Positions 1 through 9,681 of a stretch of DNA of 64,000 nt are shown piece by piece (within the stretch, counting starts at the first letter, position 1; every line of letters starts with the position of its first letter). Both the position numbers and the translations under genes were made by a program. The stretch comes from Candidatus Saccharimonadota bacterium (lineage in GTDB: Bacteria; Patescibacteriota; Saccharimonadia; CAILAD01; BJGX01), in contig JACPPH010000006.1 of NCBI GenBank assembly GCA_016191105.1, positions 32,670 to 96,669 of the forward strand. The letters are read 5' to 3'. The notes beneath the pieces were generated by a model. It did not search any database and was not told where the DNA came from. It saw only the letters and a list, made by a program, of their open reading frames with translations.

Positions 1-879
1 ACCCTAAGCGCCGCCAACTTCTTGGAGCAGGTAGAGTTAGAGGTCGAGTCGGGCATAGATAAGCAACAAAACAGCGAGCCCAAAAGCATTTTAGGTGAGG
101 CTGCTACGGCGGTGATAAGTAAGCTTTGGTCAAAAAACCTAATCCAACTCACCAGCCTGTATCCGACGATTCAAAAATTGGCTAGTCAGAAGTCGATTGT
201 TTTGTGGTCGCGCGATCAGAATTTACAGCAACAAGTTCTGCAGAGTCAAGTTGGCGGCGAAGTCAAACCGGCTGACTATGATTATCTGTTTATTGCCGAA
301 CAAAATAGTGTGGCCAATAAAAGCACGCCATATATACAGCAAAAAGTGGTTAAAAAGATAAAGATAGGCGAAGACGGCAAGGCTGTTGTAGATGTCACAA
401 TAACCCGACAGCATACATCGGACTATGCTGGTAATTTTTACAATCCCTGGGGTAAGTTCAATATGTTTTTGATTGGCGAAAATAAGTCTGTCATAAAAAT
501 GGTCTTGCCTCAACAGGTAAAGCTTTTTGGCTTGTCCAATAATTTACGTATTCAATCTGATAGTGAAGCGGACCTTCAGTTTTATCAGTTCGTATCTGAT
601 CTACTACCTCTTACTCGTGAAACCTACACCTTTAGTTATCAACTGCCGTTCAAATATCAGATGGGCGACAACCTAGATGTGGTGAGCCAGGTTCAAAAAC
701 AAATTGGTCGGGCAGCCTACGATTTTGAACTTCAGATTATAGCGCCACCACCATACCGCCTGGCGGCTGCCAGTGTTAACAAGCTAAGCTATAAAAGCGA
801 TGGCAACAACCTGGTTGTTGACTATGCTACTGCCATCGATACTGATAAAATAATCTCACTTAAATATGCCAAAAACTAA
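1..879 (+). CDS. Hypothetical protein, 5'-partial, DUF4012-like C-terminal region
   Basis: Frame is open from base 1. The motif DYLFIAEQNSVANKSTPY resembles the C-terminal region of DUF4012-type CPR proteins (from recollection). Confidence 0.5.
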   Translation, partial: TLSAANFLEQVELEVESGIDKQQNSEPKSILGEAATAVISKLWSKNLIQLTSLYPTIQKLASQKSIVLWSRDQNLQQQVLQSQVGGEVKPADYDYLFIAEQNSVANKSTPYIQQKVVKKIKIGEDGKAVVDVTITRQHTSDYAGNFYNPWGKFNMFLIGENKSVIKMVLPQQVKLFGLSNNLRIQSDSEADLQFYQFVSDLLPLTRETYTFSYQLPFKYQMGDNLDVVSQVQKQIGRAAYDFELQIIAPPPYRLAAASVNKLSYKSDGNNLVVDYATAIDTDKIISLKYAKN

Positions 880-1564
880 TCAGCAAGTTGTTTATATAAA
901 AGGGCTAGGCAAGCGCTACGATGATGACGCCGGAGTATTAGATGCTCTAAAAGGTGTTGACCTACAGATTAATAGTGGCGATTTTTTGGCTATTATGGGG
1001 CCCTCGGGTTCAGGCAAATCCACGCTCATGAATATTCTCGGCCTTCTAGATCGGCCAACTTCGGGGGTATTTTTGCTAGACGATGTTGATACGGCCACCT
1101 TAAGTGATAAAAACTTGGCAATGCTCAGACGAGACCGAGTGGGTTTTATATTCCAGAACTTTAACTTGCTACCAAGGCTGAATGTAGCTCAAAACGTTGA
1201 GCTACCCATGATCTACCAAAAAATAAGGACAAGAGAGCGCAGTAAGCGGGTAATTGAGGCGCTGAACAAGGTTGGGCTGGGCGATAAGGCCAAGAACAAG
1301 TCTAATCGCTTAAGCGGCGGTCAGGTGCAACGTGTGGCTATAGCCAGGGCTCTAGTAAATAAACCAAGTCTAATTTTGGCCGACGAGCCAACCGGCAATC
1401 TGGATACTAAAACCGGCGAAGAAATCCTGAAATTACTTGTTAAGCTCAATCAGCAAGGGGTAACAATTGTTATTGTGACCCACAACCCTGAGGTAAGCCA
1501 GTTTGCTAGCCGAACGGTACTCGTGCGCGACGGTCAGGTCGCCGAAAAAAGGAAGTCACTATGA
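866..1564 (+). CDS. ABC transporter ATP-binding protein (MacB/LolD family)
   Basis: Walker [10 protein letters not shown], signature LSGGQ, Walker [13 protein letters not shown]-loop VTH. Confidence 0.95.
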   Translation: MPKTNQQVVYIKGLGKRYDDDAGVLDALKGVDLQINSGDFLAIMGPSGSGKSTLMNILGLLDRPTSGVFLLDDVDTATLSDKNLAMLRRDRVGFIFQNFNLLPRLNVAQNVELPMIYQKIRTRERSKRVIEALNKVGLGDKAKNKSNRLSGGQVQRVAIARALVNKPSLILADEPTGNLDTKTGEEILKLLVKLNQQGVTIVIVTHNPEVSQFASRTVLVRDGQVAEKRKSL

Positions 1565-2805
1565 TTTGGCAGAACATCAAGATGGCCTTGGTAAGTATTA
1601 AATCGGCCAAGCTCCGATCATTTCTAACCATGCTTGGAGTGATTATTGGTGTCTTTGCAGTTCTTACCATGATCGGAATTGGCGATGGCGTTAAAGCTCA
1701 GGTGACCGGCCAGGTTACAAGTTTGGGTACCAACCTACTTACTGTTACTTCAGGCCAGATTGGCCAAAACGCCTCAACGGCCAAGAATGGCCAGCAGCAA
1801 AAAGGCGGTGGCCTTGGTTTCTCGAGCAGCCTAGGTAGCTCAACCTTGACTGAAAAAGACGTTCGGACCATCCAAAATACTACAAATGTTGTAAATGTTG
1901 CACCAGTCTCTATCGTGTCTTCGATAGTTACCCAGGGGGAGCTATCAAGCTCAACGCCAATTATTAGCGGGACAAGTGCAAACTATGGCTCTATTCGTAG
2001 TCTTAAGTATTCTGCCGGCGGATTTTTTAGTGATCAAGATAATAGTTCAGCTGCCAAAGTCGCTGTTATTGGTGCCGACACCAAGCAAAATCTGTTTGGT
2101 GAGGCCGATGCTATGGGCAAAACAATTGGTGTTCGAGGCCAGCAATTTATAGTAACTGGGGTGCTGCAAAAGAGCGATGCTGGTAGTTCGCTTGGCCCAA
2201 ATCTAGATGATGTGGTTGATATTCCGATCAATACAGCCAATCAAATTACCGATTCTAACCAAATAAGTAGAATCTTGGTTGAGGTAAACGACCCTAAGAA
2301 TATTGATTCTACTCAGGCTGCAATTACTCAGGAGCTTAAGAGCAACCACGGTGGCCAACAAGACTTTAGCGTGCTTACCCAGAAGGATCTGCTTTCGACA
2401 TTCAACTCCATATTAGATATACTAACCACCTTTGTGGTGGCTATAGCTTCGATCAGCTTGCTAGTCGGTGGTATCGGAATTATGAATATTATGCTAGTGT
2501 CTGTGACCGAGCGAACCCGTGAGATTGGCATTCGCAAAGCCATTGGTGCCACCAGCGGTAATATACTAAGTCAATTCTTAATAGAGGCAGTAATAATCTC
2601 GATATTGGGCGGTCTGTTGGGCCTAGGCCTGAGTTACTTAGCCGGCAGAGTTGTGCAAAAGGTGGCCAACATTACACCAGTCTTTAGCTTTAAAGCGCTG
2701 CTGCTGGCACTCGGTGTGAGTTTGGCGGTCGGCGTGGTGTTCGGAGTAGCTCCGGCCGTCAAAGCCGCCCGCAAGCGGCCCATACAGGCCCTAAAGGCAC
2801 TGTAG
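1561..2805 (+). CDS. ABC transporter permease (MacB/FtsX family)
   Basis: RSFLTMLGVIIG N-terminal helix, GGIGIMNIMLVSVTERTREIGIRKAIGA motif; overlaps the ATPase stop. Confidence 0.95.
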   Translation: MIWQNIKMALVSIKSAKLRSFLTMLGVIIGVFAVLTMIGIGDGVKAQVTGQVTSLGTNLLTVTSGQIGQNASTAKNGQQQKGGGLGFSSSLGSSTLTEKDVRTIQNTTNVVNVAPVSIVSSIVTQGELSSSTPIISGTSANYGSIRSLKYSAGGFFSDQDNSSAAKVAVIGADTKQNLFGEADAMGKTIGVRGQQFIVTGVLQKSDAGSSLGPNLDDVVDIPINTANQITDSNQISRILVEVNDPKNIDSTQAAITQELKSNHGGQQDFSVLTQKDLLSTFNSILDILTTFVVAIASISLLVGGIGIMNIMLVSVTERTREIGIRKAIGATSGNILSQFLIEAVIISILGGLLGLGLSYLAGRVVQKVANITPVFSFKALLLALGVSLAVGVVFGVAPAVKAARKRPIQALKAL

Positions 2806-2807
2806 CT

Positions 2808-3491
2808 ATGAGCGATGTGAGAATTGGCAAAGGAAAACTGGCGGGCAAGGGGGTGTATGCAGCACGCGACTTTAAGAAAGGCGAGCTCATCAAATACTGG
2901 AACCTAAAAGCTTTAACACAAGCCGAATTTGATGCACTACAAAAGAGTGAACATATGTTTGTGCATTCCTTTTGGGGAAAGATGTATCTATTCCCAGTAC
3001 CATCACGCTACACCAACCATTCTGCTAATCCTACCGCAGTGTCAGACTTTGAAAAACAGTGCGATTACGCCGTTCGGGATATAAAAAAGGGCGAGATGAT
3101 AACTATCAATGCCACCGAAGAGGTTAAATACGAATTAGAAACTTTTATGCAGGCTTATGAAAAAGCAGCAAACAGCCGTAATTTTAGTAAAGTTTCTCCA
3201 ATGATCGCAGACAATGCGGTCTTCATTTTCACTAATGGTACTTTTGAAGGAAAACCCGCAATCCAAAAAGCTTTTGAGGACACCTGGGATAAGATAAAGA
3301 ACGAAAAGTATTCGGTATCTAGCGTTATTTGGCTAAAGAATGGGTATAGAAATGCAATTTGCGAGTATCTGTTCGTTTCTGACGGTATAGTGAACGGCAA
3401 ACACCGTGCTTACAAAGGTCGTGGTAGAAGTGAACTCAAACGAATTAATGGCAACTGGCGGATTACCAAGGAACACTTAATAAAAAGCTAA
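2808..3491 (+). CDS. SET-domain protein fused to an NTF2/SnoaL-like (DUF4440-type) domain
   Basis: GKGVYAARDF, RYTNHS and AVRDIKKGEMIT SET motifs; C-terminal GKPAIQKAF...NGNWRITKEH NTF2-like pattern. Confidence 0.75.
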   Translation: MSDVRIGKGKLAGKGVYAARDFKKGELIKYWNLKALTQAEFDALQKSEHMFVHSFWGKMYLFPVPSRYTNHSANPTAVSDFEKQCDYAVRDIKKGEMITINATEEVKYELETFMQAYEKAANSRNFSKVSPMIADNAVFIFTNGTFEGKPAIQKAFEDTWDKIKNEKYSVSSVIWLKNGYRNAICEYLFVSDGIVNGKHRAYKGRGRSELKRINGNWRITKEHLIKS

Positions 3492-3526
3492 CCAAAAAAG
3501 ACTCCAAATTAGGGTCTTTTTTGGTT
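3490..3526. terminator. Bidirectional intrinsic terminator
   Basis: AACCAAAAAAGAC / GTCTTTTTTGGTT inverted repeat between convergent genes. Confidence 0.85.
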
Positions 3527-3535
3527 TGAAATAGG

Positions 3536-3877
3536 TTATTTTGTAGCTTTTACAACAGCTTCGAAAGCTTTGGGTTGAGTGGCCGCTAGTTCTGCTAACA
3601 TTTTGCGGTTAAGGGCAATGTTAGCTTTCTTGAGGCCATTCATTAGGGCAGAGTAGTTGGTGTTGTTGGCCACAGCGCCGGCTGAAATGCGAGTTATCCA
3701 AAGTGAACGCATATCGCGCTTAATGTTGCGGCGGTCGCGATACTGATAGCTCAAGGCCTTTAGTACAGCCTCGTTGGCCTTGCGATAGCTGGTGCGACGA
3801 TTCTTAGAATAGCCCTTAGTTAGTTTTAGGACCTTCTTGTGTCGCGCTCGGGCAGTAACGCCTCTTTTAACACGCAT
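3536..3877 (-). CDS. rplT: 50S ribosomal protein L20
   Basis: MRVKRG, YRDRR, LWITRI and LNRKMLAELA motifs; infC-rpmI-rplT order. Confidence 0.98.
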   Translation of the reverse strand: MRVKRGVTARARHKKVLKLTKGYSKNRRTSYRKANEAVLKALSYQYRDRRNIKRDMRSLWITRISAGAVANNTNYSALMNGLKKANIALNRKMLAELAATQPKAFEAVVKATK

Positions 3878-3879
3878 AG

Positions 3880-4074
3880 CTAAACTCCCAACATAGTTTT
3901 AATGTTGCGCACATCGGCATCGGCAGCAGCATGCTCACGGGTATAGGCTCGCTTACGAGCGGCCGACTTAATGGTGAGTTTGTGAGCGCGAGTGGCTTTG
4001 CGGCGTAGGACTTTGCCGGTGCCGGTAACCTTTACGCGCTTACTCATCGTCTTGTTGGTCTTGAGTTTGGGCAT
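3880..4074 (-). CDS. rpmI: 50S ribosomal protein L35
   Basis: MPKLKTNK..KRVKVTGTGKV; start moved to the ATG at 4074. Confidence 0.95.
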   Translation of the reverse strand: MPKLKTNKTMSKRVKVTGTGKVLRRKATRAHKLTIKSAARKRAYTREHAAADADVRNIKTMLGV

Positions 4075-4615
4075 TACTTTTCTCGTTAATTTTCTTTGAC
4101 TTGTAGGCTTTGCTTTGACCGACCACGATTGACATATCACGGCCAGTCATGCTGGCTTCTTGCTCAATGCTGGCGATATCGCTTAAACCTTCAAAAAACT
4201 TTATTAATACCTGTTTGCCAAGGTCTTGGTGGGTCATCTCCCGACCCTTAAAGCGGGCGGTGATCTTGACCTTGTTGCCGGCCTCTAAAAACTTGCGAGC
4301 GGCGCGCCGCTTAACCTCAATGTCGTGATCGCCAATCTTGAGCCCCATACGAACTTGCTTAACCTCGATGGTCTTTTGCTTCTTGCGGCTTTTGGCCTCG
4401 TGCTTAGCTTGTTCGTATTGATATTTGCCCCAGTCAATTAGCTTGGCTACGGGCGGCTCGGCGGCGGGCGAGACTTCGGCCAGGTCGTAGCCTTGGCTTT
4501 CAGCCTGCTCTAGTGCTTGTTTGAGGCTCATAACACCGATCTGCTTAGAATCGACCCCTAGTAATCTTACGGTGGGGGCTTTGATCTCGTGATTTAAGCG
4601 AATACGGTTTTTTAT
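4040..4615 (-). CDS. infC: Translation initiation factor IF-3
   Basis: RLNHEI, PPVAKLIDWGKYQYE and RFKGRE motifs; probable ATA start downstream of AAGGAG. Confidence 0.93.
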   Translation of the reverse strand: MKNRIRLNHEIKAPTVRLLGVDSKQIGVMSLKQALEQAESQGYDLAEVSPAAEPPVAKLIDWGKYQYEQAKHEAKSRKKQKTIEVKQVRMGLKIGDHDIEVKRRAARKFLEAGNKVKITARFKGREMTHQDLGKQVLIKFFEGLSDIASIEQEASMTGRDMSIVVGQSKAYKSKKINEKSNAQTQDQQDDE

Positions 4616-4691
4616 GAGTGGTTTCTCCTTAAGCTCAGACCCAATGATAGCATGCCAAGTCTTATAAATCAAGGCCTTTATAAGGAGTGGG

Positions 4692-5495
4692 CTAGAATTG
4701 ATTACGTTCACGCAAACTAAGCTTTTTGACTATCAAACGGATTGGTTTTTTGGCTGGCTCTACATGCAGGGGCGAAGTAAATTCCATACCGTCTTGATCT
4801 GTTATCTTTGCGCCAGGCGAACTGAGCTCGAGCTTGGCGGCATGTATTCTAAATAGTAAGTTTTGGGTTGGCTCCTCGCTGTTATTTTTGAATTTGTGTC
4901 CAAACAAAAGGGCATCGCTGGGTTCTTTGGAGTGCCCGGATGGCCCAAACGCCGTAATCCCGATAGGTGTGGATTGTTGAAATTCATCGCCCGACAAGTT
5001 GCGCAACCTTAATCTCTGAACTGGACCATTAAGCTCGAGCTTATCTAATTGGCAGCTTACGTCGGCTCGATTACTACTTTTTATGGTGAATATCTTTTCA
5101 AACAATACTACGCCACCGTTGAATTTTAATAGCTGGCGAGGCTCAATCCGCCTTGATCTAGTCGATGTTACAGCCTCTTGCCAAGTTTTGATTTTCAGCG
5201 CCACCGCTAAACGACTATTGGCCGGCTCGATTGGTATATAGCCGTAAGCTGTCTCCGGCGGCAGAAAGCCACTAATGCTTAATAAACTTTCGAATGTTGT
5301 ATCGTCACCGATGGCTATTAGAGTTTTACATTCAGCCGTTATATTGCCACGGAATTTAGGATTAGTTATTTGCTTGGTCGACGAAACAGACAGCTGTTTG
5401 CCCTCAATGCCACCAGAGCTAAGCTTGGCTATGATTTGAGCGAGTAATTCGTGTTGGGCGTCGCCCTTGGGTTCCTGGGCAATATAGCAGTACAC
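4692..5495 (-). CDS. Hypothetical protein, remote diacylglycerol-kinase-like fold
   Basis: LIAIGDDTTF...YGYIPI resembles a degenerate GGDGT...GIIP motif; in an operon with its neighbours. Confidence 0.45.
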   Translation of the reverse strand: MYCYIAQEPKGDAQHELLAQIIAKLSSGGIEGKQLSVSSTKQITNPKFRGNITAECKTLIAIGDDTTFESLLSISGFLPPETAYGYIPIEPANSRLAVALKIKTWQEAVTSTRSRRIEPRQLLKFNGGVVLFEKIFTIKSSNRADVSCQLDKLELNGPVQRLRLRNLSGDEFQQSTPIGITAFGPSGHSKEPSDALLFGHKFKNNSEEPTQNLLFRIHAAKLELSSPGAKITDQDGMEFTSPLHVEPAKKPIRLIVKKLSLRERNQF

Positions 5496-5851
5496 TAACG
5501 CACCACCCGAACCATGCCGCTAACTAGGGCGTTTTTGTCGACCACCAGGGTAGAGCTTTGTAGTTCAGCCTGCACCTCGGCACTATTATGTACGGCAATC
5601 TCTTCTTTGGCGTAAGCCTTGCCCTGTAAGAACCCATCGATAATGATGGCTCTAGCGTTAATTTCGGCTTTGGCCCGACCGTTCTTGCCAATTTCTAACA
5701 GGCCAGATGAATTTATACTGCCACTAAAACTGCCGTCAATATGTACATCGGAGTTGGTATCAATGGCACCATGGCTCCTAACTCCAGCTGCAATCAGCAC
5801 GTCGTTTTCGGACTGAAGGGGGGTGAGGGAGCGCTTTTTGCGGAACAACAT
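5495..5851 (-). CDS. Bactofilin (polymer-forming cytoskeletal protein)
   Basis: Beta-helix pattern VHIDGSFSGSI..LEIGKNG..IIIDG..VQAEL. Confidence 0.88.
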   Translation of the reverse strand: MLFRKKRSLTPLQSENDVLIAAGVRSHGAIDTNSDVHIDGSFSGSINSSGLLEIGKNGRAKAEINARAIIIDGFLQGKAYAKEEIAVHNSAEVQAELQSSTLVVDKNALVSGMVRVVR

Positions 5852-5862
5852 TTTTATAACCG

Positions 5863-6318
5863 CTATTTTTGTAGCGCCGTAGTTAGAGCTTGCTTTTCTT
5901 CGCCTGACAGGTTACTTTTGCTGGTACCCTGGTGGATTTGCTTAGCATATACACGAGTTGTGTTGCGAGAGTGTACACCGGTTAGAACCACACCGTCATG
6001 ATTACGATCTAGCAATGCTAAGGCAAAACTTTGATCGCCACCAGTATCGCCAAAAGGGTTGAATCGAATTAAGCCAAAGTTAGAAATGGCAAACTTTTGG
6101 TTTTTGTGCAACTTGGCGCAAAAAACCGCGAGCTCTTCGAGCTTTTGGTGGGCGTCTGTCACGGCTTTTGAGTAATTTTTTACCATTTCTTCAATCTGCT
6201 TTGCCTCGGCTCCCTTTAAAAACTGCCCGTATTTTTGTTGCAACTGCCACAATTGCCAGTAAGTAAAGCCCAATCCGCCTATCAACAAGATAATCAATAT
6301 CGTTACGAACCACTCCAT
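5863..6318 (-). CDS. DUF4446-family membrane-anchored protein
   Basis: N-terminal TM, coiled coil, RFNPFGDTGGDQSFALALLD and RVYAK motifs. Confidence 0.85.
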   Translation of the reverse strand: MEWFVTILIILLIGGLGFTYWQLWQLQQKYGQFLKGAEAKQIEEMVKNYSKAVTDAHQKLEELAVFCAKLHKNQKFAISNFGLIRFNPFGDTGGDQSFALALLDRNHDGVVLTGVHSRNTTRVYAKQIHQGTSKSNLSGEEKQALTTALQK

Positions 6319-6411
6319 GGCACCCCCTAATTTATATCCGTATTATACTTACTACTAAGCTTGCTTGGCAACAAGATCCAACAATAGTATGATAGCCCCA
6401 AAGGAGAAACT

Positions 6412-6756
6412 ATGGCTAAGAAAAAGAAGCATCGTAAAAAGTCAAAAGGCAAAGCGGCCAAACTGCAGCAAAAAAATACCGCCCAATTAGTAGATGGGGC
6501 AAAATCAAAGCAATCTGCCAAGAAAAGCGGCGCATCTGAGCTTAGCAACAGCTCAAGGCCAAGTAGCAGATCCAAATCATCTGTAGCCCAGACTAAACCA
6601 ACAGTAGAAACCATCGGGCTAAACCAAGATGTTAAAGCCGACGTTAGGCTCAGCCTATCTCTTATAGGGGTTATAGTAGCAGCCTATACAGTATTGTGGT
6701 TAATCTTACAATATTCTAGCTTTGGTAAATTCATATATCAAATTATAAAGCTGTAA
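6412..6756 (+). CDS. Hypothetical basic protein with C-terminal TM helix
   Basis: AAGGAG RBS, Lys-rich N-terminus, hydrophobic C-terminus. Confidence 0.7.
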   Translation: MAKKKKHRKKSKGKAAKLQQKNTAQLVDGAKSKQSAKKSGASELSNSSRPSSRSKSSVAQTKPTVETIGLNQDVKADVRLSLSLIGVIVAAYTVLWLILQYSSFGKFIYQIIKL

Positions 6757-8253
6757 TTACACCCTGTACTGTAGGGCCTCGCTAAAGTGCTCGGACTTGA
6801 TTTGCTCCGAATCATTCATATCGGCAATCGTGCGACTAACTTTTAGAACACGTATATAGGCCCGGGCGGTTAAGTTCATGTTATTTAAGGCTTGGCGGGC
6901 GAGCAACTCTACATCTGAGTCTAGGCTACAATATTGCTTAATGTGCTTGTTGGTCATCTCGTTGTTGCTACTAAAAGGCTCATCTTGGAAGCGACTAATC
7001 TGTATCTGTCGAGCTTTCTCGACTCGACCTCTAACCGATCTGGATGGTTCTCCAGCCACTCCTGCCAGAAGTTCATCGTTTTTGAGTTTTTGAACCGGCA
7101 CTACCAGATCGATTCTATCGAGCAATGGGCCCGAGACCTTAGTCTGGTAGCGATTGATTTGGGCTAGGCTACAGGTGCAGGCAGTTGAGCTGTCACCGCT
7201 AAAACCACAAGGGCAAGGGTTTTGAGCCGCTACCATTAGAAAGCGAGCCGGAAACTTATAGCTAGCACTGGCTCTGGCAACTGTTACCTGGCCTTCTTCG
7301 AGCGGTTGACGCAGCACCTCAAGCACATGACGTGGAAATTCTGGCAGCTCGTCTAGAAACAGCAGGCCACGGTGGGCCAAGCTGATTTCGCCAGGTTTGG
7401 GTGACTGACCGCCACCTATTAGAGCAATGTTGCTGGCGGTGTGGTGCGGGCTACGAAATGGGCGAGCGGTAATAATGTTGTCGGTTTGAACCCCAGCTAA
7501 GCTGTGAATGCTGGTGATCTCGAGCATTTCCTCGTAGCTAGGTGCTGGCAATATGCCAGCCAGGGCCTTGGCTAGTAAGGTCTTGCCGCTCCCAGGTGGG
7601 CCACTAAGCAAAATGTTGTGATTACCGCTGGCGGCTATTTCGACCGCTCGTTTAGCCTGAGCCTGGCCATAGATATTGCTCATATCGACTTCGCTTTCGT
7701 GGATTTTGCCAGATATGCCTTTGTGTCGTAAGGGGATAATTGCTTTCTCACCAATCAGGTGTTGGTAGAGTTGGCCAATGTCTTTTACAGGGTAGATGGT
7801 GATATCTTTAACCAGTGCAGCTTGCTCGGCAATCTCGGCTGCTATGTATAGCTCGCTAAGGCCACTCATTTTGGCGGCTTGGGCGGTGGCTAGGGCCCCG
7901 TTTACAGTTCTGGTAGAACCATCGAGAGCCAGTTCGCCATAAAAAGCCGAGGCTGGGCTAATGTGCTTAATTTGACCACTACTAGCTAGCAGGCTAACGG
8001 CAATAGCCAAGTCAAAACCGCTTCCGTTCTTGGGTAGATCGGCTGGCGCTAGATTAACTGTGATTCGCCGAGGAGGCAGGTGGAGATTGGCGTTCTTGAG
8101 TGCGCTCCTGACTCTTTCTTTGGCCTCGTCGACGGCTTTGTTGGCTAGACCCACGACTATGAAGGCTGGCAAGCCGTTATAAATGTCGGTTTCGACCTCA
8201 ATGTGGTAGCTTGTAAGCCCAAAGTGGGCGATTGTATTAACTTTTGTTAGCAT
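6757..8253 (-). CDS. comM: YifB/ComM Mg-chelatase-like AAA+ ATPase
   Basis: ITVNLAPADLPK, GPPGSGKT, FRSPHHTAS, LFLDELPEF, NPCPCG, SGPLLDRID. Confidence 0.93.
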   Translation of the reverse strand: MLTKVNTIAHFGLTSYHIEVETDIYNGLPAFIVVGLANKAVDEAKERVRSALKNANLHLPPRRITVNLAPADLPKNGSGFDLAIAVSLLASSGQIKHISPASAFYGELALDGSTRTVNGALATAQAAKMSGLSELYIAAEIAEQAALVKDITIYPVKDIGQLYQHLIGEKAIIPLRHKGISGKIHESEVDMSNIYGQAQAKRAVEIAASGNHNILLSGPPGSGKTLLAKALAGILPAPSYEEMLEITSIHSLAGVQTDNIITARPFRSPHHTASNIALIGGGQSPKPGEISLAHRGLLFLDELPEFPRHVLEVLRQPLEEGQVTVARASASYKFPARFLMVAAQNPCPCGFSGDSSTACTCSLAQINRYQTKVSGPLLDRIDLVVPVQKLKNDELLAGVAGEPSRSVRGRVEKARQIQISRFQDEPFSSNNEMTNKHIKQYCSLDSDVELLARQALNNMNLTARAYIRVLKVSRTIADMNDSEQIKSEHFSEALQYRV

Positions 8254-8267
8254 TTGAACCCCTTATA

Positions 8268-8387
8268 GGACGTTAACCTTGGACGAACTGCTGTGTTGCC
8301 TAGCTGTGCTACGGCTTCGCTGTAGGTTTACTACAACTCAGTCCGTTGCTCGCTAGCGCTTTGCACTTCATTCCAATTTTAACGTCC
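8268..8387. repeat. ERIC-like palindromic element A (120 bp)
   Basis: Terminal IR GGACGTTAA/TTAACGTCC, nested stems, internal CTGTGTTGC and GTCCGTTGCT shared with 27568-27697. Confidence 0.6.
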
Positions 8388-8468
8388 AAGTTTTGTTAGT
8401 CTTAAACCGAGGATATACAAACAAAATACGAACGTCAAGCATGGGCGACTTACTTTTTTGGTTATGAA

Positions 8469-8496
8469 CGAAAAAACCCCACCAGGGGTTTTTTCG
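8469..8496. terminator. Intrinsic terminator downstream of aroG
   Basis: CGAAAAAACCCC-ACCA-GGGGTTTTTTCG perfect hairpin. Confidence 0.85.
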
Positions 8497-8529
8497 ACCC
8501 AGTAGGGTTGCTAGGCAGCCACCCTTGCT

Positions 8530-9576
8530 TTAGCTGCTGAGTTGCTCGTAAGTGTATTCGATCATTTGCTCGGTTGTGCTCCAGTCCATGCAGGCGTCGG
8601 TAACCGAGAGTCCGTACTTGAGCTTAGTTCGGTCAACGGGTAGCTGGATAGGCTGTTTTCCAGCCTCAATGAAGCTTTCGACCATCAGACCCATCACATA
8701 CTCACGAGTCCCCGGTAGAGAGTCCACGACTTCCCGCCAAACAGCCTCTTGCCTCACAGGATCACCGCCGCTTTGGGCGTGGCTGCAGTCGATCATTACC
8801 AGATCGATCAAATTTTCCTTGCGAAGGAGTGACGAGGCGCTGCGAACACTCTTGGGGCTGTAGTTCGGGCCGTTTTTGCCACCTCTGAGGATCATGAAGG
8901 TGTCGGGATTGCCGGAGGTGTGATGAACCGCGCTACGACCATCGCGATCCGGGCCGAAGAGGCTGTTGGAATCTTGAGTGGCGATCATGGCATCGACGGC
9001 CATCTCGATGTTGCCCGAGGTGCCGTTCTTGAAGCCCGGTGGCATTGATAGTCCGCTGGCCAGTGCTCTAGCTAGAGGACTCTCGGTGCTTCTAGCGCCA
9101 ATGGCCGCTACTGACAGCAGATCACCAATGTATTGCGGGGTAACGGGATCAATCAGCTCAGAGCAGGTGGGCACACCCAGCGAGTTGATTTCCAGCAACA
9201 GACTGCGTGCTTGTCGCAAGCCCTCTTGGCCATCGTTCGAGCCGTCCATGTGCGGATCAACGATCAGCCCACGCCAACCCTTGCGAGTTCGGGGCTTCTC
9301 GAAGTAGACCCGCATGATGATCACCAGCCGGTCACCGAAACGTTTTATTAATGGCGCCAGACGTTTGGCGTAGTCCATGGCCGCCTCGATGTCGTGGATG
9401 GAGCACGGACCTACTATAAGCACTAGCCGATGATCCTGACGGTACATGATCCGCCGGAATGCCTGGCGAGCTGCTTCGACGGTTTCGGCCGCTGCGTCGG
9501 TCATCGGAAGTTCGATTGCCATCTGATTGGCGCTAATGAGTGGGGTGGTTTCTTTGATACGTAGATCGTAAAGCAT
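8530..9576 (-). CDS. aroG: DAHP synthase class I-alpha (3-deoxy-7-phosphoheptulonate synthase)
   Basis: GPCSIHD, RVYFEKPRT, IGARSTES, FKNGTSG, ILRGG, IDCSH, SVTDAC; start at MLYDL after GGGAG. Confidence 0.93.
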   Translation of the reverse strand: MLYDLRIKETTPLISANQMAIELPMTDAAAETVEAARQAFRRIMYRQDHRLVLIVGPCSIHDIEAAMDYAKRLAPLIKRFGDRLVIIMRVYFEKPRTRKGWRGLIVDPHMDGSNDGQEGLRQARSLLLEINSLGVPTCSELIDPVTPQYIGDLLSVAAIGARSTESPLARALASGLSMPPGFKNGTSGNIEMAVDAMIATQDSNSLFGPDRDGRSAVHHTSGNPDTFMILRGGKNGPNYSPKSVRSASSLLRKENLIDLVMIDCSHAQSGGDPVRQEAVWREVVDSLPGTREYVMGLMVESFIEAGKQPIQLPVDRTKLKYGLSVTDACMDWSTTEQMIEYTYEQLSS

Positions 9577-9681
9577 ATTGCTCTCCCTGTCGATTTGTGG
9601 GTGCGGTGGAAAGATCTTGGCAATTATGCTACTTTTGGCTAAAAAATGCAAGCATATGGAGGGGTTAAAATGACAATTGGA

